Part shown: positions 9,232 through 18,594 of the stretch, in pieces
Numbering within the stretch: position 1 is the stretch's first letter
Layout of the letters: the number at the start of each line of letters is the position of its first letter
Source: Candidatus Woesearchaeota archaeon
GTDB lineage: Archaea > Nanobdellota > Nanobdellia > SCGC-AAA011-G17 > UBA489
Assembly: GCA_964343875.1 (NCBI GenBank)
Contig: CAYFJW010000004.1
Coordinates: 18,395 to 82,394 of the forward strand
Direction of reading: 5' to 3'
Length of the DNA: 64,000 bases
The notes under the pieces: model-generated
Told to the model about the DNA's origin: nothing
The model's input: the letters and a program-made list of their open reading frames with translations, nothing else
The model's database searches: none
Translations under genes and position numbers: made by a program

Positions 9232-9495
9232 TTAAAGTATGTCTTCTTCAGATACAACCACGAAGTCCCCAATTGCAATAACTGAAGAGTATGGAATAAG
9301 AAGGCTGTTATTCGGATCTCTTTCAAGGTCTAATGCTTCAGTGTAAGTTGTTGCGTTTTTTAGCACTATTTGCATTAGCTCGCCTGTTCTTACTTCAAAG
9401 CTTATGTTGCCAACCTCTCCAAATCTTTTGCCAGATTTAGTTACAACGGTTTTACCTAGAAGTTGTTTTGAGTAGTTTTTTTCTTCTTCTGCCAT
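9232..9495 (-). CDS. PRC-barrel domain protein, likely starting at the internal Met MAEEEKNY
   Basis: [36 protein letters not shown] fits the PRC-barrel pattern. The upstream 30 codons of the track ORF overlap the neighbouring gene. Confidence 0.5.
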   Translation of the reverse strand: MAEEEKNYSKQLLGKTVVTKSGKRFGEVGNISFEVRTGELMQIVLKNATTYTEALDLERDPNNSLLIPYSSVIAIGDFVVVSEEDIL

Positions 9496-9559
9496 TTTAC
9501 TTAATTTAACCCCATTTGGTATATAAATCTTTTTGTGTTTGTTTTTGTTTTTAAAGGCC

Positions 9560-10207
9560 TTAGACGTTTGATAAAACTGAATCAATAAATGGTTTAGGGA
9601 ATGCCGACAATAAGGAGATTGCCTTAATTTTGGGTGTTATTGTTACCCTTTTTTCCCTGTGTTCATTTAAAAAGATGGATAGTTTTGTTTTGTCTTGAAG
9701 GTTGTTTAGTATGGTCAGTATTGAAATTGTGAATGCTGAGTCAATATCTTCTTGGGATTCACTATTAAGGGATTCTAGGATTTCTTCTTTTGTGAAATTT
9801 ACTCCTTCGGTTATAGATATCTCTTCTGAGAGGAGATTTTCTAGTGATTGGTCTGAGAAGATGAATATTTTGAAGTATTGGTCTGTTAGGACTTCATTGT
9901 TGTTTGAGAAGTCTTCTTTTAGTGTGGATAGTTCTTCCTCTGAGTATGTGCTTGGTTTAGAGTCTAGGAAGTTGATGGACACTGCTGATTTGTAGGTGTT
10001 TTCCTTTTCATAGATAAATAAGGAGTTAGAGGTTTGTAATTGGCTTAGGCTTTTGGCGTCTGAAACAACCACTGCTACGATTATTAATGAAATTATAAAG
10101 AATATTACAAATGTTATGAAAATGGCCCTTGTTACGCTTTTTATTATGAAATAAGCGATCACAAATATGATTGCTGCTATAATTGGAATCAAATAAAAAA
10201 GAGCCAT
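9560..10207 (-). CDS. Membrane-anchored protein (2 N-terminal TM helices), hypothetical
   Basis: 215-aa ORF with hydrophobic N-terminus (LIPIIAAIIFVIAYFII, FITFVIFFIISLIIVAVVV). Confidence 0.45.
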   Translation of the reverse strand: MALFYLIPIIAAIIFVIAYFIIKSVTRAIFITFVIFFIISLIIVAVVVSDAKSLSQLQTSNSLFIYEKENTYKSAVSINFLDSKPSTYSEEELSTLKEDFSNNNEVLTDQYFKIFIFSDQSLENLLSEEISITEGVNFTKEEILESLNSESQEDIDSAFTISILTILNNLQDKTKLSIFLNEHREKRVTITPKIKAISLLSAFPKPFIDSVLSNV

Positions 10208-10610
10208 GGCTGTTTAAAAAAGAAGTAAGTTATAAATCTGTTGATAGAGTCACACCTTGATTTCTTATGGAATAAAAATTAAGAGAAAAAAGGTGTGGAT
10301 TAAGAGTAGAAAACGTAAAAGTAAAGAAGAAGGTCTGTATTTACTGTTTTTTGTATTTTATTATATTTTACTTATAAGATTAATTATTATATTATATTAT
10401 ATATTATAATATTTATTTTATTATTTATATTTTCTATTTATTATTTTATTTTTTGATTGTTGATGAGATTGGTGGTGATTAGGATGTTGATTGTTTCCGG
10501 GAATTTCTATTTTTGTTTATAAATAATATCTCCATTGGAAACTATGGTGTGAGAGTTTTATTTGGTATCACAGATATACTTAAATAAAATCTGCAGTTTT
10601 AGCAGGATTA
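10207..10610. promoter_or_regulatory. Candidate chromosomal replication origin (oriC): two inverted ORB-like boxes flanking an AT-rich unwinding element, immediately upstream of cdc6/orc1
   Basis: ORB-like tccattggaaactatggtgtgag at 10531-10553 (+). Its inverted partner tccataagaaatcaaggtgtgac is the reverse complement of 10247-10272. An AT-only tract lies at about 10370-10450. The core ctCCAtTGGAAAc matches the archaeal mini-ORB consensus TCCAGTGGAAAC with one mismatch. Confidence 0.6.
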
Positions 10611-11828
10611 ATGGTAGATGTTAAGAATTTTCTGAGAGATTATGCGAAAAAAGAGAGTTTATTCAAAAATAAGAAGGTTTTACAATCTAACTACACTCCT
10701 GCTAAGGTTCCATACAGAGAAGATCAAATCAATGTTCTTGCAGGTATTCTTGCACCTTCCTTGCGTATGGAGAGACCAAGTAATATTTTTCTTTATGGTA
10801 AGACTGGAACTGGTAAAACACTTGCGATCAAGCATGTTACTGATCAAATAAGCGATGTTGCTAAAGAAAGCAAACTTAATTTGAGAGTAATATATCTCAA
10901 TTGTAAGCTAAAGAGGATTGCTGATACAGAATACAGGTTAATTGCACAAATTTCAAGGGAATTAGGTCATGAGATACCTCCTACAGGGTTGCCTACTGAT
11001 GAAGTTTACAAAATATTCGTTAAAACTGTTGAAAAGGAAAAGATGCTACTCCTTTTAGTTTTGGATGAAATTGATGAGGTTGTAAAAAATACAGGAGATA
11101 AGATTTTGTATAATTTAACAAGATTGAATTCTGAATTGGAAAATAGTGAGATATCTATTGTTGGAATTAGTAATGATTTAATGTTTATTGATCAAGTTGA
11201 CCCGAGAGTGAAGAGTAGTTTAAGTGAGGAAGAACTTGTTTTTCCACCATACAATGCTATACAATTACAAAAAATATTGAAAGAAAGGTCAGATATATCT
11301 TTTGAGAAGAGTGTTATTGGTGAGGGCGTTATTGAGAAGTGTGCAGCTTATGCTGCTAAAGAGCATGGTGATGCTAGAAGGGCATTAGAGTTATTGAGGG
11401 TTGCTGGAGAGTTAGCTGAGCGAAATAACTCTGAAAAAATTGCAGTTAAGTTTATAGATCAGGCCGAGGAAAAAATTGAAAGAGACAGAGTTGTGGATAT
11501 TGTTTCTACACAACCTAAACAATTTAAAATAACACTGTATAGTATTTTACAGTTCTCAAATTTATGTTCAAAAAATGGAAATTCCCAAGACATATACACA
11601 GGTGATATCTACGAATTGTACAAAGAAAATTGCTTAAAATGCGGCACGAAACCCCTAACACAAAGACGAATTGGTGATATTATAGCAGAATTAGATATGT
11701 TAGGCATAATCAACGCTAGGGTGATAAGCAAAGGGAGGTATGGTAGGACGCGGAGGATTACGTTGGGAGTTCCTGAAAACATCACGAAGAAGATTAACGA
11801 TATGTTAAAGGAAGGACTTGGTTTATGA
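10611..11828 (+). CDS. cdc6: Orc1/Cdc6 replication initiator
   Basis: AAA+ Walker A LYGKTGTGKT, Walker B LLLVLDEIDE, sensor and C-terminal winged helix; 405 aa; placed beside the predicted origin. Confidence 0.92.
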   Translation: MVDVKNFLRDYAKKESLFKNKKVLQSNYTPAKVPYREDQINVLAGILAPSLRMERPSNIFLYGKTGTGKTLAIKHVTDQISDVAKESKLNLRVIYLNCKLKRIADTEYRLIAQISRELGHEIPPTGLPTDEVYKIFVKTVEKEKMLLLLVLDEIDEVVKNTGDKILYNLTRLNSELENSEISIVGISNDLMFIDQVDPRVKSSLSEEELVFPPYNAIQLQKILKERSDISFEKSVIGEGVIEKCAAYAAKEHGDARRALELLRVAGELAERNNSEKIAVKFIDQAEEKIERDRVVDIVSTQPKQFKITLYSILQFSNLCSKNGNSQDIYTGDIYELYKENCLKCGTKPLTQRRIGDIIAELDMLGIINARVISKGRYGRTRRITLGVPENITKKINDMLKEGLGL

Positions 11829-13495
11829 CACCAGAGATAAAAAAGGAAGTTTTAGAATCTTTTTTAGAAAAAGGTTTTTTATTAGCTCCGGATATTTTAG
11901 AGGAAGAGGGTTTTGATTCTGATTTTTTGAACTTAGTTGATACAAGGATATTGTCTAAGGACAAGCCGGTTGTTATTGGGTTGGATATTTACAAGGGTGT
12001 TTCTAGGAAAGGAGTTACTGGTATTAATTGGATTGAGTTTGAGAAAAGTAGGGTTTTGCATGAGAAGGGTAAGACCAACAGAGTTTATTCTTCTTTTTTA
12101 GAGTTAATATTTGACGAGCCCAAGGAAGAAACAGGGTTTACAATAATAAAAAAGGAAGAACCTGAAGAAAAAGTTGAGGAAGTTCAGGTTGAAGTTGAGA
12201 AGGGCCAAACTAATTTGTTGGATGCAGGCTATCCATTGAAGGTTGTTACTAGCTATGGTGATGAATCAAAGTTGAGAGAGGTTAAGGATTTTGTTAATCA
12301 TTACAAGAGTAGATATAATTTTTTGAGGAAGATTGTTGCTGGGAGGCAGGAGATGCAGAACGTAATTTCTATCAATCGTGTTTCACCTAAAGAGAGAGGG
12401 GAGAAGGTCGCTCTTATTGGTCTTGTGTATGATAAGAGGATCACTAAGAAAGGGAATACGATGATCACTCTTGAGGACACCACTGGCACAATCAGAGTTA
12501 TTTTTGATGCGAATAAGGCTAAAGGTGTTGAGTATTTATGTAATGATGAATTAATTGGTGTTGTTGGAACTGTTAATGAGAACTTTATGTATGCCACTGA
12601 TTTAATTTTTCCTGATATTCCAGAGAAAGTTGGAACAAAGACATATAATGAAGAGGTTTGTGCCGCCTTTATTTCTGATGTTCATGTTGGTAGTACGTGG
12701 TTTATTGAAGATAAGTTCTTGGAATTAATAGACTGGTTGAATGGTCAACATAAAGATCCCGAACTTGTTGAGCTAAGCAAAAAGGTGAAGTTCTTGTTTA
12801 TTACTGGAGATATGGTTGACGGTGTTGGTATTTATCCAAACCAAGATAAGGAACTAAATATCAAAAGTATAAGGGGGCAGTATGATAGGTGTGCTGAATT
12901 CATTGGGATGATTCGTGATGACATACAAGTTGTTATGTGTCCTGGCAACCACGATGCTAGGAGAATCGCTGAACCGCAACCACCCTTAGAGTTGTATGCT
13001 GAGTCATTACAAAAAATAAAGAATTTAACATTAGTTTCAAATCCAGCGATGGTTAATGTTTTGGCCAAAGATGGCTTTGAAGGTTTTGATATTTTGATGT
13101 ATCATGGGTACAGCTATGATTACTACGCTGCGAATATAGGGCCCGTAGCTCAGGATGGAGGGTATGATCGTGGTGATTTGATCATGAAGTTTTTGTTAAA
13201 GAAAAGACATCTTGCTCCTGTTCACACTTCTACATTATTTGTTCCCAATGGGAAGGATGACTATCTCGTTATTGATAAGGTTCCAGATATTTTTGTTTCT
13301 GGCCATATTCACAAGAGTTCTGTTTCGAAGTATAAAGGCGTTACAAATATAGTTGGTTCTTGTTGGCAGTATAAAACAGACTTTCAGGAAAAAGTAGGGC
13401 ACCATCCAGAGTATTGTAAGGTTCCTGTCTTTAACTTTGGCACTGGCAAAACAAGGGTTATAGATTTCGCACCAGAGGGAGAAAATGAAAATTAA
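11825..13495 (+). CDS. polB: DNA polymerase II (PolD) small subunit DP1
   Basis: OB-fold region followed by a calcineurin-like phosphoesterase domain (DVHVGS, GDMVDG, GNHD motifs); start overlaps the cdc6 stop (ATGA). Confidence 0.9.
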   Translation: MTPEIKKEVLESFLEKGFLLAPDILEEEGFDSDFLNLVDTRILSKDKPVVIGLDIYKGVSRKGVTGINWIEFEKSRVLHEKGKTNRVYSSFLELIFDEPKEETGFTIIKKEEPEEKVEEVQVEVEKGQTNLLDAGYPLKVVTSYGDESKLREVKDFVNHYKSRYNFLRKIVAGRQEMQNVISINRVSPKERGEKVALIGLVYDKRITKKGNTMITLEDTTGTIRVIFDANKAKGVEYLCNDELIGVVGTVNENFMYATDLIFPDIPEKVGTKTYNEEVCAAFISDVHVGSTWFIEDKFLELIDWLNGQHKDPELVELSKKVKFLFITGDMVDGVGIYPNQDKELNIKSIRGQYDRCAEFIGMIRDDIQVVMCPGNHDARRIAEPQPPLELYAESLQKIKNLTLVSNPAMVNVLAKDGFEGFDILMYHGYSYDYYAANIGPVAQDGGYDRGDLIMKFLLKKRHLAPVHTSTLFVPNGKDDYLVIDKVPDIFVSGHIHKSSVSKYKGVTNIVGSCWQYKTDFQEKVGHHPEYCKVPVFNFGTGKTRVIDFAPEGENEN

Positions 13496-16400
13496 TGAAG
13501 AAACCAAGAATTACTTTGAAGAAATAGATTCAGAAGTAAATGTAGCGCTTAATTTAGCTAACAAATGTAGGTTGGCAGGCCTTGATCCAGAGGATCATGT
13601 TGAGATTATGTTGGCAAAGAACATGGCAGAAAGAGTAGTTGGACTAATTAGTGTTGTTGCACCTGAGTTGAAAGAGTCCGGGATGGTTGATAGAATTAAA
13701 GAACTTGAGGAGAAGTATGGGATGCAGGATTGGCGGGTTGCATTGACTGTTGCTTTGGAGACGGCCCAGGAAAAGTTTGTGAAGTTTGAAGACAAGAAGA
13801 AAGCTATGGAAATAGGTTTAAGGGTTGGTATTGCGTATATTACTAACGGAGTTGTTTCTTCTCCTTTGGAAGGTTTTACTAAATTAGAGATTAAACAGAG
13901 AAGGGATGGGAAGGAGTATATTGCTTTGTTTTATTCTGGGCCAATGAGGAGTGCGGGCGGAACTGCAAGTAGCGTTTCTTTGTTAATTGGTGATTACATA
14001 AGACAAAACATGGGGTATGAACCTTATGATCCTGAAGAAGTTGAAGTAAAAAGACATTGTACTGAGTTAGCGGACTATCATGAAAGGATTACAAACTTAC
14101 AGTACTTTCCTTCTGTTGAGGAAATAAGTTTTTTAGTCAACCATATTCCTATTCAGATTGATGGTGATGCAAGTGAGAAGTTGGAAGTTAGTAATTATAA
14201 GGGTCTTGACAGAGTTGAAGCTGATAGGATAAGAAACGGTGTTTGTTTGGTTACTGGTGAGGGTATTGCTCAGAAAGCGCCAAAAGTTTGGAAACAACTT
14301 GCTAATTGGGGGAATGACTTTGGTTTGGATAATTGGAACTTCTTGAAAGACTTTGTGGACTTACAAAAAAAGATTAAAGCTAAACAAGTTGAAAAGAAAG
14401 ATGGGGAGGAGGAAGAGAAATTAAAACCAGATTATACCTTCATTAAAGATATTGTTGCTGGCAGGCCAGTGTTTAATCATCCTTTAGCTAAAGGAGGGTT
14501 TAGGCTTAGGTATGGTAGAACGAGGGTTTCAGGCTTCTCTGCCGATTCATTGCATCCTGCTACAATGGCTGTTTTGAAAGATTATATTGCTATTGGGACA
14601 CAGTTGAAAGTTGAACGGCCGGGCAAGAGTACAATTATTTCTGTTTGTGATGCAATTGAAGGACCAATTGTTAAATTAGAAGATGGTTCCGTTTGTAAGT
14701 TGGATTCTGTTGAGAAAGCTAATGCTGTTAAGGATAAGATCGATGAAATAATTTATTTAGGGGATATATTAATTTGTTATGGGGACTTTTTTAATAGAGG
14801 GCATGGTTTAGTTCCTGTTGGTTATTGTGAAGAGTGGTGGGCCCAGGAGCTACTTGAGCTTGCAGGGAAAAAAGGTAGTGGGTATTTTCCTGAGTTATTG
14901 GAGAAAGTTAAGAAAGATTATTTTTGTGATGTTTCACTGGAGGAAGCCTTTAGGTTGTCTGAAACTTTTGGTGTTGCATTACATCCTAAGTATACATATA
15001 ATTTTTGTGCGCTTACGATGGATGAATTAAAAGCTTTGAACGATTGGGTTTCTAAAGGGAGTTTTTTGGAGTCAAAGGTTGTTTTGCCGTATACCGGTGA
15101 TGATATTGCTAAAAGATCTTTGGAGTTGTTAGGTGTGCCTCACAAAGTTGTAAGTAATGAATATGTTGTTGTGTTTGGCGTTGATTCTAAGTTGTTGAAG
15201 TTTTATTTTGATAAAATTGATTTTGGCAAAGGAGACGTTCTAGAGGCCCTAAACAAGAAGTTCCCTATTGCGAATAAACTTGGTACAACTATTGGTGCAA
15301 GGATGGGCAGGCCTGAGAAAGCAAAGATGCGAAAGCTTACGGGGAGCCCACATGTTTTGTTTCCTGTTGGAGATGAAGGGGGGCGGTTGAGATCCTTTCA
15401 GTGTTCCGTTGATGTTGGGAAAGTTAATAATCAGTTTCCAATTTATTCTTGTGAATGTGGAAATGAGTCTGTTTATTCTACATGTGAGGTTTGCGGTAAG
15501 AAAACAAAGAAGAAGTACCTTTGTAAGAAATGTGGCATGACCGAAGTTAAGTGCCATCCTGAGATGATTACCGAGTATAAAACATGGGATCTGGATATTG
15601 GTAAATACTATAATAGTGCGATTAAACTTTCAAAGATTAATAGGAGCATGTTACCCGAACTTGTTAAGGGTGTTAGAGGAACAAGTAACAAGAATCATAT
15701 TCCTGAACATTTAGTTAAGGGGTTGTTAAGGGCCAAGCACAAAATCTATGTTAATAAAGATGGGACGACCCGTTATGATATGACCGAGATGCCGATTACA
15801 CACTTTAAGGCTAAAGAAATTGGAACAAGTGTCGGGCAGTTAAAGAAACTTGGTTATTTGAAGGATGCTTTTGGTAAGGACTTAGTTGATGATGATCAAG
15901 TTTTAGAGTTGAAGATACAGGACGTGATTATGCCTGCTTCTCAGGATGCAATGGATGAGGGCTCAGACCTTGTTTTTGAGAGGGTTGCACAATTCATTGA
16001 TGATTTGCTTGTTAATGTGTATGGTGAGAAAGAATTCTATAATGTTAAGGATAAGCAGGATTTAGTTGGACAGTTAGTTATTGCATTGGCCCCCCATATT
16101 AGTGCGGGTGCTGTTGGAAGAATAATTGGTTTTAGCAATACACAGGGAATCCTCGCACACCCTTATTTCCACAGCATGGTTAGGAGGGATTGCGATGGTG
16201 ATGAACTTTGTTGCATAATGTTAATGGATGCAATGTTAAACTTTTCAAGACAGTATTTGCCTGCACATAGGGGAAGCACACAGGATGCACCATTAGTTCT
16301 TACAAGTATTTTAACTCCTGCTGAAGTTGATGACATGGTTTTTGATATGGATGTTTCTTGGAAGTATCCTTTAGACCTGTATAGGGCTGCGATGAAGTAT

Positions 16401-16946
16401 GGAAAGCCGTGGGATATTAAGGTTGATCAACTTGGCGGAAGGTTGGGAACGGAGAAACAATATTATGATATGGGCTATACTCATGCAACTTCTGATCTAA
16501 ATGCTGCTGTTTCCTGTAGTGCGTATAAGATTTTGCCTACAATGGACGAGAAGGTTCAGGGGCAGATGGAAATTGCGAAGCAAGTTAGAGCTGTTGTTAC
16601 AGATGATGTTGCAAGGTTGGTTATTGAAAGACATTTTATTAGGGATATTAAGGGTAATCTGAGGAAGTTCAGTATGCAGCAGTTTAGATGCATTAAATGT
16701 AATGAGAAGTATCGTAGGCCTCCTATTGCGGGACACTGTACACACGGAAAGTGCTTTGGTAAGATTGTGTTTACGATTTCCCAGGGGAGTATTGTGAAGT
16801 ATTTGGAACCTAGTTTGAAATTAGCCGAACAGTTTAAGATTTCTTCTTATTTACAAGAGACATTGGATATAACTAAAATGCGAGTTGAAAGCATATTTGG
16901 TAAGACTCCGGAGAAGCAAGAGGGTCTTGTTAAATTTTTTAACTAA
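13485..16946 (+). CDS. polC: DNA polymerase II (PolD) large catalytic subunit DP2, no intein
   Basis: 1153 aa, overlaps the DP1 stop. Internal Cys clusters (CECGNESVYSTCEVCGKK...CKKCG) and the C-terminal Zn module CIKCNEKYRRPPIAGHCTHGKC are typical of DP2. Confidence 0.9.
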   Translation: MKINEETKNYFEEIDSEVNVALNLANKCRLAGLDPEDHVEIMLAKNMAERVVGLISVVAPELKESGMVDRIKELEEKYGMQDWRVALTVALETAQEKFVKFEDKKKAMEIGLRVGIAYITNGVVSSPLEGFTKLEIKQRRDGKEYIALFYSGPMRSAGGTASSVSLLIGDYIRQNMGYEPYDPEEVEVKRHCTELADYHERITNLQYFPSVEEISFLVNHIPIQIDGDASEKLEVSNYKGLDRVEADRIRNGVCLVTGEGIAQKAPKVWKQLANWGNDFGLDNWNFLKDFVDLQKKIKAKQVEKKDGEEEEKLKPDYTFIKDIVAGRPVFNHPLAKGGFRLRYGRTRVSGFSADSLHPATMAVLKDYIAIGTQLKVERPGKSTIISVCDAIEGPIVKLEDGSVCKLDSVEKANAVKDKIDEIIYLGDILICYGDFFNRGHGLVPVGYCEEWWAQELLELAGKKGSGYFPELLEKVKKDYFCDVSLEEAFRLSETFGVALHPKYTYNFCALTMDELKALNDWVSKGSFLESKVVLPYTGDDIAKRSLELLGVPHKVVSNEYVVVFGVDSKLLKFYFDKIDFGKGDVLEALNKKFPIANKLGTTIGARMGRPEKAKMRKLTGSPHVLFPVGDEGGRLRSFQCSVDVGKVNNQFPIYSCECGNESVYSTCEVCGKKTKKKYLCKKCGMTEVKCHPEMITEYKTWDLDIGKYYNSAIKLSKINRSMLPELVKGVRGTSNKNHIPEHLVKGLLRAKHKIYVNKDGTTRYDMTEMPITHFKAKEIGTSVGQLKKLGYLKDAFGKDLVDDDQVLELKIQDVIMPASQDAMDEGSDLVFERVAQFIDDLLVNVYGEKEFYNVKDKQDLVGQLVIALAPHISAGAVGRIIGFSNTQGILAHPYFHSMVRRDCDGDELCCIMLMDAMLNFSRQYLPAHRGSTQDAPLVLTSILTPAEVDDMVFDMDVSWKYPLDLYRAAMKYGKPWDIKVDQLGGRLGTEKQYYDMGYTHATSDLNAAVSCSAYKILPTMDEKVQGQMEIAKQVRAVVTDDVARLVIERHFIRDIKGNLRKFSMQQFRCIKCNEKYRRPPIAGHCTHGKCFGKIVFTISQGSIVKYLEPSLKLAEQFKISSYLQETLDITKMRVESIFGKTPEKQEGLVKFFN

Positions 16947-18099
16947 GCATTAGCTTAGCATAGAAGATTAATGTTGGGATCATTAAAGAACCCATTAACA
17001 CCGTTTTTGAAGTTTTTAATCTGTAAGGGAGGTAGCCTATTACGCTTGCGATAATCATAAAGATAAAACCAAGGACTCCTGAAAGAGCGAGCGTAATTGA
17101 AGAAATTAATACTATGGTTGCACGGCTTAGTTTCTTTGTACTTATGTTGTTTCTAAGTTTTACAAATGCTCTAGATAGTAGGATGCATGCAAGTGTGCAA
17201 GGAAATAAAACCATCAGTGAAACTGAGAATAGGTTAAATATTTCTGATAAGTTTGTGTAGCCCAGTTCTCTTATTACTGCGACTGCCCCGTTTCTAGACT
17301 TGTTTAATTCAATCAGCATTACGAGGCTGAAGAGAATGTTAACTGTGTTTAGGCAGCCAGTTAGTATGAGATAATCCCCCTTTGATTTGTTTTTTGTTAT
17401 TGTGGTTTGTATTGTGGCTGCCTGCGCAGGGCCTACGGATGGGAGGAAAGAGAAGAAGGATCCAAAGAATAAGGATTTTGTGATTGTGTTCAAGCTGTTT
17501 TTTGTTATTTCTGGTTCTGTTATTTTTTGTTGTGTTTTATTCTTTTCTGAGTTAATTAGTAATGCCGGGATTCCAAATAGCCCCGTGAAAATTGCTAGTA
17601 ATGGTTCATTTATTTGTGAGTTTAGTGCAACATACCCAATTATTCCAGATAAAATGAAGATTCCTGCTGCGATTAGTTTGTTTTTTTGGTGAAGTATTAG
17701 GAATATTGCAGTTAGTAAAAGGAATAAGGGAATTATTTTTTCGATTGTATAGTATGTTGGCTTGATTACCTTTAACATTAAGGGTATTAACGCTGAGATA
17801 AAAATTAGGGAGAGGACCGATCCGACTAGAGTTAGTAGAACTGCTTCATGTGCTTTTCCCTGTTGCGAATATTCCTGTGAAGGATGTAATGCTAGTGCTG
17901 ATTCTGGGTCAGGAGATGAAAGATGTATGGTCGGTATTGTGTTAAGGAATGTATGTGCGATGGCGGTTATGAAGATGATTGTTATGATTCCATTGAAGTT
18001 TACATTTGATAGAACAGTTGCAACTAGATTTGGATGTATGCCTGGAATGAGCCCGGTGAATGTCCCTAGCAGGATTCCGGCGAGCGTTTGGATTAACAT
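16939..18099 (-). CDS. TctA-like / DUF112 family integral membrane protein
   Basis: N-terminus ILLGTFTGLIPGIHPNLVATVL matches the TctA/DUF112 signature; about 10 TM helices; converges on the polC end. Confidence 0.5.
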   Translation of the reverse strand: MLIQTLAGILLGTFTGLIPGIHPNLVATVLSNVNFNGIITIIFITAIAHTFLNTIPTIHLSSPDPESALALHPSQEYSQQGKAHEAVLLTLVGSVLSLIFISALIPLMLKVIKPTYYTIEKIIPLFLLLTAIFLILHQKNKLIAAGIFILSGIIGYVALNSQINEPLLAIFTGLFGIPALLINSEKNKTQQKITEPEITKNSLNTITKSLFFGSFFSFLPSVGPAQAATIQTTITKNKSKGDYLILTGCLNTVNILFSLVMLIELNKSRNGAVAVIRELGYTNLSEIFNLFSVSLMVLFPCTLACILLSRAFVKLRNNISTKKLSRATIVLISSITLALSGVLGFIFMIIASVIGYLPYRLKTSKTVLMGSLMIPTLIFYAKLMLS

Positions 18100-18210
18100 T
18101 CTATGGTGTTGAAAACATCCTTTAAATCCTATTTTTGGATGTTTACGGCATATTTACGGCGTTTTTGATAGGAAGGCTTATAAATTAACAATCGTTAATC
18201 CTGATCTAAA

Positions 18211-18594
18211 ATGGAAAGCGACCTAAGAGTTATTCAACCTCAGGAGATTGAGGCGTGGTATGTTTTACCTCTGATTAGAAAGGAGTTAGCATTGGCAATG
18301 AAGTCAGAAGGGCTTGATCAAAAAAGTATTGCCAAGTTCCTTGGTGTTACTGCGGCGGCTGTTTCCCAATATGTGAATAATAAGAGAGGGAATGACTATT
18401 CTATTGATGATTCTTTGAAGTCTGACTTTATTGATTCTGCTAAAATAATTGCTAGAGATCCTAGTTTGATTTTTGCTGAAGTCCAGAAGCTATTGAAACT
18501 TCTTTGGAAGGAAGGGATTGTTTGTGAGATTCATAAATCTAAGAGCTGGCACCCAAAACATGAGAAGTGCGGCATTTGTTTTGAAAATGAGTAA
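18211..18594 (+). CDS. HTH DNA-binding protein with a C-terminal Cys cluster; candidate regulator of the downstream Fe-S assembly operon
   Basis: KSIAKFLGVTAAAVSQYVN resembles a sigma-70 region-4-like HTH (DUF134/UPF0251-like). C-terminal C-x16-C-x2-C. Overlaps the iscS start by 8 nt. Confidence 0.5.
   Translation: MESDLRVIQPQEIEAWYVLPLIRKELALAMKSEGLDQKSIAKFLGVTAAAVSQYVNNKRGNDYSIDDSLKSDFIDSAKIIARDPSLIFAEVQKLLKLLWKEGIVCEIHKSKSWHPKHEKCGICFENE

Noticed and set aside
13485-16946. Looked for an intein in PolD DP2 and in the 760-aa ATPase
   Set aside because: No Hint N-terminal Cys/Ser-His or C-terminal HN-C/S/T block. DP2 reads contiguously through its conserved motifs, and the ATPase extension is N-terminal, not an insertion.
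17387-18112. + strand ORFs 17387..17692 and 17762..18112
   Set aside because: Antisense to the TctA-like membrane gene. Cys/Phe-rich shadow frames.
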